From a virus (taxonomy: Duplodnaviria > Caudoviricetes), in IMG/VR virus record IMGVR_UViG_3300020045_018361, positions 1-62,559 of that record: a DNA stretch of 62,559 bases, one strand, 5' to 3'. A model generated the notes under the pieces. The model was not told where the DNA came from, did no database searches, and saw nothing but the letters and a program-made list of their open reading frames with translations. Position 1 is the stretch's first letter. Each line of letters opens with the position of its first letter. This document shows positions 46,798-55,123 of the stretch, piece by piece. Made by a program: the position numbers and the translations under genes.

Positions 46798-47373
46798 ATG
46801 CCCGTGATGATCAAAGTCAACAGAGATATGAAGCTTACGGCTGGGGAGTACCTCCTAGTTGGACCTGGGTCTTCTCTTCGAGTGGTCTCGCTAGAAGCTT
46901 TGCCCCAAGATCTGAACACGCGTCCAGAAGAGACGGGCCCTGTTTCGTCGCAGCCTTCGAATAACATTATTGTTGACAGCTGGAAAGATACTTGCACCCC
47001 CGCTGTTAGCCCAACAACACAAGATAACCAGGCGAAAGATAATCCAGCCTCTTTGAGCGGAGAAACACGAGAATCAAGGCCCCGTGCCACAAGGGTCTTG
47101 TGGCACACGCTGGAAGAAGACGCGGCGCTAGATAGCCTTATCTGCGACTCTATTTTATCAGGAGACTTTCGACCAATCCTGATTGCCCATAAGCTTGGCA
47201 TCAACGTGGATCGAGTTCCTGGCGGGGATTATTCATGGCTGACAGTGCGACTTCGCGACGGTTTTCACAATCACCCACTTGTGGAAAGGCGAAATGTCGG
47301 AAAAGGGGCCCTTCGCGCGCTGTGGCATTATTTTCCGCGTAGAGACACAACGATGTCGGAGTCGTCAAAATGA
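46798..47373 (+). CDS. Hypothetical protein
   Basis: 191 aa, GGAG RBS. Confidence 0.6.
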   Translation: MPVMIKVNRDMKLTAGEYLLVGPGSSLRVVSLEALPQDLNTRPEETGPVSSQPSNNIIVDSWKDTCTPAVSPTTQDNQAKDNPASLSGETRESRPRATRVLWHTLEEDAALDSLICDSILSGDFRPILIAHKLGINVDRVPGGDYSWLTVRLRDGFHNHPLVERRNVGKGALRALWHYFPRRDTTMSESSK

Positions 47374-47413
47374 CGGCGTATGCGTACGACTATGAACCAC
47401 TGGAGATAAAGCT

Positions 47414-47998
47414 ATGACTGATGATATCACCAAACTTTTGGCTGAGGGCTCTAACGACGCCCTCGCACAAATATCGCGCTCCAATACTCTCGGGCGCGTG
47501 GCCGAGCTTGCTCGCCAATTGAAAGTTCAGCTTGATGGGTTGGCTGAGCTTGAGGGTCAAGTCTCTGTGCACAAGAATGTCATCAATCGACTCAAGACCG
47601 TTGAGCTACCAGAAGCTATGGCGGCCATGGGGGCCAAGTCCTTCACGACCGAAGAAGGCTTTACGTTGGAAGTGCGAGAGGTGGTTCAAGCATCGTTGCC
47701 AAAGGACTCTCGTCGGGAGCTTGCCCTTGAATGGCTTGAGGAGCATGATTTGGGCGACGTAATCAAGCATGCCGTGAATGTAACAATCAACAAGGGTGAC
47801 GCAGATACGCAAGCCAAGGTCCTCGAAGTTTTAGGCGCAGTAAAAGCTCCGGGAATGACCGTGGGCGTGAAGGATGACGTTCACCCACAAACACTCAATG
47901 CAACAATTCGCAGTTTGCTCGAGAAAGGGGCAGCGGTTCCGCTCGACCTGTTCAACGTGTTTACCGGCAAGACTATCACCATCAAAAGTTCAACCTAA
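47414..47998 (+). CDS. Replication-module protein of unknown function
   Basis: LPEAM...WLEEHDLGDVIK...VHPQTL...PLDLFNVF. Confidence 0.7.
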   Translation: MTDDITKLLAEGSNDALAQISRSNTLGRVAELARQLKVQLDGLAELEGQVSVHKNVINRLKTVELPEAMAAMGAKSFTTEEGFTLEVREVVQASLPKDSRRELALEWLEEHDLGDVIKHAVNVTINKGDADTQAKVLEVLGAVKAPGMTVGVKDDVHPQTLNATIRSLLEKGAAVPLDLFNVFTGKTITIKSST

Positions 47999-48013
47999 AG
48001 GAGACTTTGCGCG

Positions 48014-48352
48014 ATGAGTAAATCCATTCGATTGGGCGGCAACGACAACGTGACCGTGGTGCTAGAGAATGACTCTTGGAACGATCGCTGGAAAGAGCAA
48101 ACCAAACTTTCCCAAATGCCGGATCAGCGAATGCTCCTCCTGACGGCTTTATTGGAGAAGCATGCGATGGTGGCCGCGGCCCCGGACGGGGAAGATTCCT
48201 CCGGTCGTCAACGATTGCGCCTGTCCACTCCGGCAGAGCTCGTCGCCCGCTGCGCTGAACTCGTGGAACTCAGCTATTCCACGGCTCGCGAGAAAGGTTG
48301 GCTCGTAGAAATTATTCGACCCAGTGAAACAGATGAAGAGAAGGATAATTGA
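48014..48352 (+). CDS. Hypothetical protein
   Basis: PDGEDSSGRQRLRL.TPAELV.RC; AGGAG RBS. Confidence 0.65.
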   Translation: MSKSIRLGGNDNVTVVLENDSWNDRWKEQTKLSQMPDQRMLLLTALLEKHAMVAAAPDGEDSSGRQRLRLSTPAELVARCAELVELSYSTAREKGWLVEIIRPSETDEEKDN

Positions 48353-48382
48353 GCCATGAACCTTGTATCAGTTAAAAATCAT

Positions 48383-48445
48383 CTGAAGTGAAGCTAAAAG
48401 GCCTCCAGGTCCGCTTCAGGGTAGAGGACACGGGCATCACTGGAG
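48383..48445 (+). promoter_or_regulatory. Candidate H-type pseudoknot in the 5' UTR of the SSB-like gene
   Basis: 48383-90/48412-19 crosses 48403-08/48440-45. Confidence 0.4.
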
Positions 48446-48480
48446 ATGACGAAATCCCCTTCTAATAGGAAACAGAGATC

Positions 48481-49362
48481 ATGACTAAATCCCCTACAGC
48501 TACTAATACAGCACTGGTTGAAAAAACCAACACAGCTTTGGTCGCCCCTTCTGACGAAGACGTTTCGCTATTCGCCACTCTATCTGGTGAAGGCAACGAA
48601 AACATCACTTCTGCCGATGTGGCCATTCCACGACTGCTCCTGCTCCAATCAATGTCACCCCAGGTCAAGCGCACTGAAGCAGCCTACGTTGAAGGGGCTC
48701 AGGAGGGGATGTTCATTAACACTCTCACCAACGAGCTGTTAGGAGAGAGTGCGACTATCATCGATTGTCACTATTTGGCCGTCGAGGCCGAGTGGATTCC
48801 CCGCGCGAAGGGTGGGGGTTTTCGCGGGGCCCACGCGGTGGGATCCCCAATTACAATTTCTGCAAAAGAAGACCCGGAACGTCGTGGCCGAATGGTGCTA
48901 CCTAACGGGAATGATCTAGTGCGCACTGCTCAGCACTTCGTGCTGGTTCAATCGCCCGTCACTGGGTCCTGGACTCAGTGTCTTTTGGCTCTTACTGGAA
49001 CGCAATTGAAACATGGACGACGGTTGAACGCGTTACTCTCCAACATCATTCTTCGGGACAGCGCGGGTAATGTGCTCAAAGGAACTGGCGGTAACGCCCT
49101 GACAGCTCCGCGCTTTGCCGTGGTCATTAAACTTAGCACACGCACCGAGCGAAATGATCAAGGATCTTGGTTTGTTATCTCGCCTGAAGTGGCGCGCTGG
49201 GTGACGCGAGATGAACTTATAGAGGCCAAAATCTTCCGCGATAGCATCGCCCGAGGCGAGGTAAAAGTCGATCTGGGAGCCGATGTCGGGGAAAACGCAG
49301 TCGGGTCCACCATTGATGGCACGGCGGAGCGTCCGGTTGACAGCGACGAAATACCGTTCTAA
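48481..49362 (+). CDS. ssDNA-binding protein (putative)
   Basis: IPRLLLLQSMSPQV, NDQGSWF, acidic tail DSDEIPF. Confidence 0.65.
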   Translation: MTKSPTATNTALVEKTNTALVAPSDEDVSLFATLSGEGNENITSADVAIPRLLLLQSMSPQVKRTEAAYVEGAQEGMFINTLTNELLGESATIIDCHYLAVEAEWIPRAKGGGFRGAHAVGSPITISAKEDPERRGRMVLPNGNDLVRTAQHFVLVQSPVTGSWTQCLLALTGTQLKHGRRLNALLSNIILRDSAGNVLKGTGGNALTAPRFAVVIKLSTRTERNDQGSWFVISPEVARWVTRDELIEAKIFRDSIARGEVKVDLGADVGENAVGSTIDGTAERPVDSDEIPF

Positions 49363-49365
49363 CTA

Positions 49366-49516
49366 CTTCGGGGCTGACATCCAACACCGGTCCCGAACGT
49401 CGCCGGTGCGAGCGCCTACCTCCCTAACCGAGGGTCCCCGGAGAAAGGACATAACCCTCGGCCTGGGCAAACCTGGTCAGCATAATAGTAAAACAGGAAA
49501 GGTAGGCGGGACGTTC
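49366..49516 (+). ncRNA. Candidate multi-pseudoknot RNA
   Basis: Six 6-9-bp complementary pairs in 150 nt of intergenic DNA. Confidence 0.45.
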
Positions 49517-49536
49517 AACTATTTGTGGCAGGATCA

Positions 49537-49610
49537 AAGTTTTCTGTTTACAAACTTAAAAAGTTGTGCTATAAGGTATCTCATTGATTGACACCAAGGA
49601 GAACCTGAGA
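49537..49610 (+). promoter_or_regulatory. Promoter+RBS block B, copy 2 (TTTACA-N17-TATAAG)
   Basis: Near-duplicate of 43903-43976. Confidence 0.7.
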
Positions 49611-50144
49611 ATGGATGAGAACCTCGAGACCCGGATGAAGACCCCGCTTTCAAAACTTCGGCCCGACGCCCGCGCGGCAACCCCGAGCGGACCATGGTGC
49701 GGACCAACGGTGGTTGCCCGCTTGACAGGGGAAAGCTACGCCAACATCGAGAAAGGCTACAACCAGATCAACCCGAAGTACACGATCGGAAAAATCACAA
49801 CAACGTGGGCGGCAGACACCTTCGCCCTTCTTCATCGTTACCACGTTACGTCCGTGGTTTTGGATCCGTGGGAGGTCCTTTGCCGAAACCCAAACCCCCG
49901 GGCGACGAGACGGACAGTACCGACCTTAACCCGAATTCTCAATAATCTTGAGCCCGGCTGGTTTATCGTGACAGTCCCTGGTCACATAATGCTCGTAGAA
50001 CGCCGCCCCGGAAAAGTCTACGATACCAAGAAGCCCTGCTGCTTCTATTATGACAACGTAAGCGATGCGGGTGTTGTTGGATCCAGACGCGGCGCTCGTT
50101 GGGGCTCAGCTAGAGTCATTAATCTCCATCGCGTAGAAATATGA
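49611..50144 (+). CDS. Possible papain-fold (C39-like) protein
   Basis: WCGPTVVARLTG ... FIVTVPGHIMLV Cys-His arrangement. Confidence 0.45.
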   Translation: MDENLETRMKTPLSKLRPDARAATPSGPWCGPTVVARLTGESYANIEKGYNQINPKYTIGKITTTWAADTFALLHRYHVTSVVLDPWEVLCRNPNPRATRRTVPTLTRILNNLEPGWFIVTVPGHIMLVERRPGKVYDTKKPCCFYYDNVSDAGVVGSRRGARWGSARVINLHRVEI

Positions 50145-50164
50145 CGTTTGGTCAAATTTTTTAA

Positions 50165-50193
50165 TTTACATCCTTGAAAAAACCTGCTATACA
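50165..50193 (+). promoter_or_regulatory. Promoter TTTACA-N17-TATACA
   Basis: Fits the phage consensus. Confidence 0.65.
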
Positions 50194-50245
50194 GTTTTTA
50201 CCGGATCGGGATCACCCCGGGATGGGGAAAACAGGAGAACCTCTA

Positions 50246-51211
50246 ATGTCTCACGAACTCACCGAAACCGACCAAATGGCCTACGTCGGTGCCACCCCGT
50301 GGCATGGCCTAGGTGTCAATCTTCCCGAAGGATCAGATCTTGAGACAATGGCCCAGGCCGCCGGTCTCAACTGGCGGGTCGACAAGCGCAAGCTGCGGGT
50401 CGTCGACGGTCGCATCATCAACGACCACTTCGGCCTGGTCCGCTCCGACAGCGGCGAAACCCTCGACGTCGTGGGCAAGCAGTATGTCCCAACGCAGCCG
50501 CGTGAAGCTCTGGAGTTCTTCGAGAAGTTCTCCGTCGCGGGCGAGATGAGCATGGAAACGGCCGGTAGCCTCTGCGGCGGCCGTTGGGTGTGGGGACTGG
50601 CAAAGATCAACGGCTCTCGGTTCGTCACTCCCGGAGACGAGATACGCAACTACGTGCTGCTGGTTTCGCCGAACGTCCACGGCAAGTCCCTCGTGATCAA
50701 GCAGACTTCCATTCGCGTGGTGTGCTGGAACACGATGACTGCGGCAATTAACCACGGCGAAGCGTCTTTCCGTATGCGTCATACCAAGGAGTTCGATGCC
50801 AACGTCCGCGAGGAAGCTGCCCTGATCGTGGCCAACGCCACAGGGCTGTTCAACCGATTTGTTGACGGGGCGGCTCGCATGGCCGAGGTCACCATGCCCC
50901 GAGACGCATCGATGGACTACCTGAAGAAAGTATTCCGTCTGGACGACGATTCGCTCAAGGTGGTTGCTGACGATGAAAAGAAGGCCCGTCGGTCGCCCAT
51001 GCTGACTCGCTTCGAAACGGCCCTGGCCACAGCGCCGGGCGCGCAAATCGACGGTGCAAAGGATACCCTATGGGGTGCATTCAACGCGGTGACTTATCTG
51101 TGTGATCACACCCTGGGTCGCGACGTTGACACTCGGCTGCGGGAGTCGTGGCTTGGCTATCGCGAGAACGTGAAGCAGCGGGCGCTGAAGCTGGCTGAGG
51201 AGCTGGTGTAA
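50246..51211 (+). CDS. DUF932/DUF945-family phage/plasmid protein
   Basis: MAYVGATPWHGLG, METAGSL.GGR.VW, IRVVCWNT, TLWGAFNAVT. Confidence 0.85.
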   Translation: MSHELTETDQMAYVGATPWHGLGVNLPEGSDLETMAQAAGLNWRVDKRKLRVVDGRIINDHFGLVRSDSGETLDVVGKQYVPTQPREALEFFEKFSVAGEMSMETAGSLCGGRWVWGLAKINGSRFVTPGDEIRNYVLLVSPNVHGKSLVIKQTSIRVVCWNTMTAAINHGEASFRMRHTKEFDANVREEAALIVANATGLFNRFVDGAARMAEVTMPRDASMDYLKKVFRLDDDSLKVVADDEKKARRSPMLTRFETALATAPGAQIDGAKDTLWGAFNAVTYLCDHTLGRDVDTRLRESWLGYRENVKQRALKLAEELV

Positions 51212-51222
51212 CTGCGAAAAAA

Positions 51223-51250
51223 TAAACGGGAAAGGTGACTTTCCCGTTTA
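51223..51250. terminator. Perfect 12-bp hairpin with GTGA loop (possibly bidirectional terminator)
   Basis: TAAACGGGAAAG-GTGA-CTTTCCCGTTTA preceded by an A-run. Confidence 0.65.
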
Positions 51251-51275
51251 CCTCGACTGGAGAACATATTAAGAT
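51247..51275 (+). promoter_or_regulatory. Promoter TTTACC-N17-TAAGAT
   Basis: Fits the phage consensus; -35 overlaps the hairpin. Confidence 0.55.
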
Positions 51276-51280
51276 GTTAA

Positions 51281-51514
51281 TTCGACAGCAGCGTTGCCTG
51301 GTAGTGTCGCAGGGACACTTTCAGCTTACGACTTTTGAGGAGGGCTTGCGAATAGCTGACCCACAAAGCAGTTTGTTGCCAGAAAACCACTTCCTCGACT
51401 ACGGCCCCGGATGTAAGCGTTCTCTAAACGCGATGCTCAAAATAGCCGGACTAAATATTGAGCTTACCGGTTCACGTGCTCAAAGACAAGAGATTTGGAG
51501 CGTATTTTGCGCTC
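51281..51514 (+). ncRNA. Candidate structured leader or ncRNA
   Basis: Four-way junction, pseudoknot and three-way junction found by eye. Confidence 0.4.
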
Positions 51515-51537
51515 ATGTTCAGGAGATACAAACGACA

Positions 51538-51843
51538 ATGCCAAAAAACAAAAAGCTGAATGACGCTGAAAAAACCCTCCCAGAAACTCCGGAAATTCAT
51601 CGTCGGAAAAATACCCGCACCCCGCTTGAGTGCACCATTCATCTGACCGAGATTAAACCACGCCGCAAGAGAGGTGCAGCCCTAAAGCGTTTCAATCTTT
51701 ACGCCGAGGGCATGACGGTTCAAGCCTACGTTGATGCAGGAGGAATTCCATGGGATGTCTGGTATGACTCGCTCTATGGCTACGTGACTTTGCGCAATCC
51801 AGACGGATCGCCATTCGAGCGGCCGAGTCACGTGGCCGCTTAG
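51538..51843 (+). CDS. Small phage protein
   Basis: AGGAG RBS; KRGAALKRFNLY.EGMTVQAYVDAGG...D..YD...GYV. Confidence 0.65.
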   Translation: MPKNKKLNDAEKTLPETPEIHRRKNTRTPLECTIHLTEIKPRRKRGAALKRFNLYAEGMTVQAYVDAGGIPWDVWYDSLYGYVTLRNPDGSPFERPSHVAA

Positions 51844-51853
51844 GAGAGAACTG

Positions 51854-52339
51854 ATGAGAGACGAATTCTCCTTCACCGCGCTCGTAGCTCAGTTCGCGGA
51901 CAAATTTGATTTGGCTTACGACGGTCCTCCACGCCAACTAGACGAAGATTTGTTCGCGTTTCGCCGAAGATTTCTGCTCGAGGAACTTGATGAATATCTA
52001 ACGGCACATCTCACTGGGAACATGGAAGGCATGCTGGATGGCCTGGTAGATCTGATCTATGTGGCCGTAGGTACTGCCCTCCTACACGGATTTGACCTCG
52101 ACGAGGCCTTTCGACGGGTCCATGCGGCCAACATGCGTAAAGCTAGGGCTGAAAGCGTAAATCAATCGTCGCGCGGGCATCGTCTAGATGTAGTCAAGCC
52201 GCCCGGCTGGACGCCTCCGTGGTTGAAAGATTTGGTGATGATAGAACTCTGCGAGTCGACGGGATGTACCCACGGACGACGAGGGCCAAACACCCATGCC
52301 TGTATTCGTATCAACTGCCCAGCAAGAGCCCGGCGATGA
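51854..52339 (+). CDS. MazG-like/PRA-PH-family NTP pyrophosphohydrolase (dUTPase/dCTPase-like)
   Basis: LEELDEY...DGLVDLIYV...VHAANMRK...KPPGW. Confidence 0.85.
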   Translation: MRDEFSFTALVAQFADKFDLAYDGPPRQLDEDLFAFRRRFLLEELDEYLTAHLTGNMEGMLDGLVDLIYVAVGTALLHGFDLDEAFRRVHAANMRKARAESVNQSSRGHRLDVVKPPGWTPPWLKDLVMIELCESTGCTHGRRGPNTHACIRINCPARARR

Positions 52340-52491
52340 ACCCCTTCCTGCGTCTGGCATTGTTCTCCTTGGCCATGTGGGTTGTGATCCTAGGGGCCAT
52401 CTGGGCTTTTACCGGCCGAAGTAGCTTTGGAAGTATTGCCCAAGAGTGGATCCGGCTCGTGTTCAAAATCAGGGGGTTTTTAGGCGCATGA
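52336..52491 (+). CDS. Small membrane protein
   Basis: 51 aa, N-terminal TM, ATGA overlaps on both sides. Confidence 0.55.
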   Translation: MNPFLRLALFSLAMWVVILGAIWAFTGRSSFGSIAQEWIRLVFKIRGFLGA

Positions 52492-53540
52492 CCCGAGGCA
52501 TCATCATTCTCGAGGGCCCCGATGGCGCAGGCAAGACAACCCTAGCTAGACAGGTCATGGAGCGATACGAGAAGGAGACCGGGGTAACCCCTTGCTATAT
52601 GCACGGAAGACCCCGCCGAAATGTCTGGCCTTGGTACGTGGCTTCTCTGCGACGCGCGGCTAGAGAAAGCTTACGCAGGCTGGTAGTTGTTGACCGGCAT
52701 TGGGTAAGCGAGTGTATTTACGGGACCGTCCTGCGTAACGGCCCAGCCTTCGGCGCGAATGCTCGAGCCCTTCACCGCCACTGGCTACATCTAGGGGCGT
52801 TTTATGTTCTTTGCGCTCCTGACGCCGAGTTTATTGTTGGAGAGCATGTCGGCCTTATGCGCGGTCGTGAAGAGCTGGTGAAAAAACTTGATCACGTGCG
52901 GGATATCGCTACGCGATACGTGGATTTGGTTAAGGGCTCAGTTGTTCGTGACCCGCAGGGTGATTATGTTGAGCAACTTTCCAACCAAGGTGGGGTCAAG
53001 GGGCACGCCAATTGGTATCATTACGATCGAGAGCGCGAGCGTGAAATGTCGCCGCGGCTGCCGAAAACCCTGCTGGAGTTGGCTCGGGTAAGATTTGAGC
53101 GCACTCGGGAAAATACTCTCCCTTGGGGCCAAGTGACAGGGTCGCCCACGGCTACCGTGGCGCTCGTTGGAGATGCCTCAAAGTCTGGCGGCATATCCCC
53201 ACCTTTTTTATCTTCGGGCCCGAGTCCGAGTTACTTGAATGAAACGCTTCACAGCCGAGTAATTCCAGAAGGACTTATATCCCTGGTCAATGCCAATGAC
53301 TTTGTGACAGACGAGTATCTGTTTAATACCCTTAAACCTTTCAAACGGGTCGTAGCCTTGGGGGGAAAGGCTGCAGATCGTCTAATAGTTGTAGGGCGAC
53401 GCCCAGATGTGGCGGTTCGGCACCCCAAATTTGCCCGACGTTTTCAACAATATGGAGACTACTCCCATGAACTCGAAGCCGCAATCTTCGGCCGAAGCCA
53501 CCCAAGTATGGCGCACATTGCTAGCCAAGGTGCTGGATGA
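52488..53540 (+). CDS. dNMP-kinase-like P-loop domain fused to a UDG-like domain
   Basis: ILEGPDGAGKTT, VDRHWVSE.IYG; C-terminal VALVGD...PPF...VNA...VVALGGKA...HP. Confidence 0.75.
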   Translation: MTRGIIILEGPDGAGKTTLARQVMERYEKETGVTPCYMHGRPRRNVWPWYVASLRRAARESLRRLVVVDRHWVSECIYGTVLRNGPAFGANARALHRHWLHLGAFYVLCAPDAEFIVGEHVGLMRGREELVKKLDHVRDIATRYVDLVKGSVVRDPQGDYVEQLSNQGGVKGHANWYHYDREREREMSPRLPKTLLELARVRFERTRENTLPWGQVTGSPTATVALVGDASKSGGISPPFLSSGPSPSYLNETLHSRVIPEGLISLVNANDFVTDEYLFNTLKPFKRVVALGGKAADRLIVVGRRPDVAVRHPKFARRFQQYGDYSHELEAAIFGRSHPSMAHIASQGAG

Positions 53541-54330
53541 GGGTAAAATCGTATCCCCTCGCGGGCAAAAAACGTTCGAGCTGTCTTCACCGTACACGTC
53601 TCGAATAGATGCATGCCGCGCAATTGTGCTTGAGCCTCAGCGTAAAGTAGGTTATCGGTTGCTTTGTGCCGAAGCGGCGTATATTTTGGAGGGCTCTAAT
53701 CGCGTGGCAATTTTAGCGCCGTATGGTAAGCACATTGCACGTTATTCAGATGACGGCGTGACTTTTTTCGGGGCATACGGGCCTAAACTCCACGATCAAT
53801 GGGATTATTGTATAAACAAATTGAAGCAGGATCAGGATACCCGACAAGCGGTCATTAATATTTGGCGTGAAAATCCGCCAAAAACGCGTAACGTTCCATG
53901 CACCCTTTCTTGGCAATTTTTGCTACGGAACAATGAATTAAATCTAAACGTAACTATGCGATCATCTGACAGTTGGATGGGTTGGGTGTATGACGTTTTC
54001 GCCCAAGCCATGGTTATCGCCGCAACATGTCTTCAGCTGCGGCACTTATATCCCGGCATACAACCCGGCTCCGTATATCTCACAGCTGGAAGCCAACATT
54101 TATATGAAAGCAACTGGGCGCAGGCCCGTGAAATTATTCAAGCCCCCGATATCGAATTAACAAATAAAAGTTATACGTTGGATATAGATGAATTCGATGA
54201 TGTAGATCACCTGGTCAGGCATTTATGGACAATTGCTCGACGAGATACAACGGTATCGTTGCTCACGGCCAATTATCTTTCTGTCTTAAAAGAGCGTCTA
54301 AACCCCACTGTCCCGAAACTGGAGGCTTAA
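53467..54330 (+). CDS. Thymidylate synthase superfamily, dCMP-type (Asp at the Asn177 position)
   Basis: GAYGP, TRQAVINIW, VPCT, MRSSDSWMGWVYD, SQHLYE. Confidence 0.85.
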   Translation: MNSKPQSSAEATQVWRTLLAKVLDEGKIVSPRGQKTFELSSPYTSRIDACRAIVLEPQRKVGYRLLCAEAAYILEGSNRVAILAPYGKHIARYSDDGVTFFGAYGPKLHDQWDYCINKLKQDQDTRQAVINIWRENPPKTRNVPCTLSWQFLLRNNELNLNVTMRSSDSWMGWVYDVFAQAMVIAATCLQLRHLYPGIQPGSVYLTAGSQHLYESNWAQAREIIQAPDIELTNKSYTLDIDEFDDVDHLVRHLWTIARRDTTVSLLTANYLSVLKERLNPTVPKLEA

Positions 54331-54333
54331 ACC

Positions 54334-54516
54334 ATGACAAAAAACAAACTAGCTGCCGTGCAAGATTTGTTAGCCAAAACCAAAGCTGCTACAATAACGG
54401 AGGAGGAGCGTCAATTCCTTGATAACCTGGAAGCAAAAGTTTTGAAGTGGGGCACTAAAATGCACATGACCCCGAAGCAATATGCACGTCTTGAAGAATA
54501 TGCGGGAGAGCTTTAA
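54334..54516 (+). CDS. Small helical protein
   Basis: ITEEERQFLD...MTPKQ...L; GGAGG RBS. Confidence 0.6.
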   Translation: MTKNKLAAVQDLLAKTKAATITEEERQFLDNLEAKVLKWGTKMHMTPKQYARLEEYAGEL

Positions 54517-54716
54517 TGGCCCTTACCGACGAGCAATTCAGCGAGGTCTCTGAATTGTTGACAGATGCCCTCAACCACAGAAACCTGAGCGAATGGGAAA
54601 AAGGTTTTGTTGCCGACTTCAATGAGCGACTCCACGCCAATGGCGAGCGCATGCTAATCAGCGCTCGCCAATGGGATGTTCTGGAAAGACTCAAAGGGAA
54701 GGTTTATGGGACATGA
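54516..54716 (+). CDS. Small helical protein resembling 54334-54516
   Basis: LSEWEKGFVAD...ISARQ...L. Confidence 0.6.
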   Translation: MALTDEQFSEVSELLTDALNHRNLSEWEKGFVADFNERLHANGERMLISARQWDVLERLKGKVYGT

Positions 54717-55123
54717 GCCGATCAGGATACAGTGACGATTGCTCTGAATGGGACCTTATTCGTTGGCGTGGGGCAGTCAAGAGTGCTATGCACGGAAAAC
54801 GCGGACAAAGGGCCTTGAAAGAACTCTTATCTGCGTTGGATGCGCTCGAAACCAAGGAACTCATTGAGGGAGAATTAAGTGAAAACGGCGCTGTGTGCGC
54901 GCTCGGGGCTCTTGCCCTGTACAAAAATATACCGATTGACGGCCTAGATTCCTATGACCGAGATGCGGTCGCCAGGGCGTTTAACATTGCTCCAGCTTTG
55001 GCCGCAGAAATTATGTTTTTGAACGACGGGGGTCTTGCTTATCAAACAACTCCTGAGCGCCGTTTCAATCTCATGCGCGTGTGGGTAGAGCAGCATATTA
55101 AGAGCGAGGAGTCTTCGGCATAA
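54713..55123 (+). CDS. Phage protein of unknown function
   Basis: MSRSGYSDD...WRGAV.SA..GKRGQ..L.EL..ALDA...VCALG. Confidence 0.7.
   Translation: MSRSGYSDDCSEWDLIRWRGAVKSAMHGKRGQRALKELLSALDALETKELIEGELSENGAVCALGALALYKNIPIDGLDSYDRDAVARAFNIAPALAAEIMFLNDGGLAYQTTPERRFNLMRVWVEQHIKSEESSA

Noticed and set aside
48380-48455. Hammerhead ribozyme (CTGAAGTGA ... CGAAA)
   Set aside because: The core deviates from CUGANGA and the three required stems cannot be assembled.
51298-51382. Second tRNA
   Set aside because: Four-way junction but no TTCRA T-loop or 7-nt anticodon loop.
51235-51537. N-terminal extension of the 51235-51843 ORF
   Set aside because: It starts inside the terminator hairpin upstream of the predicted promoter; an AGGAG precedes ATG 51538.
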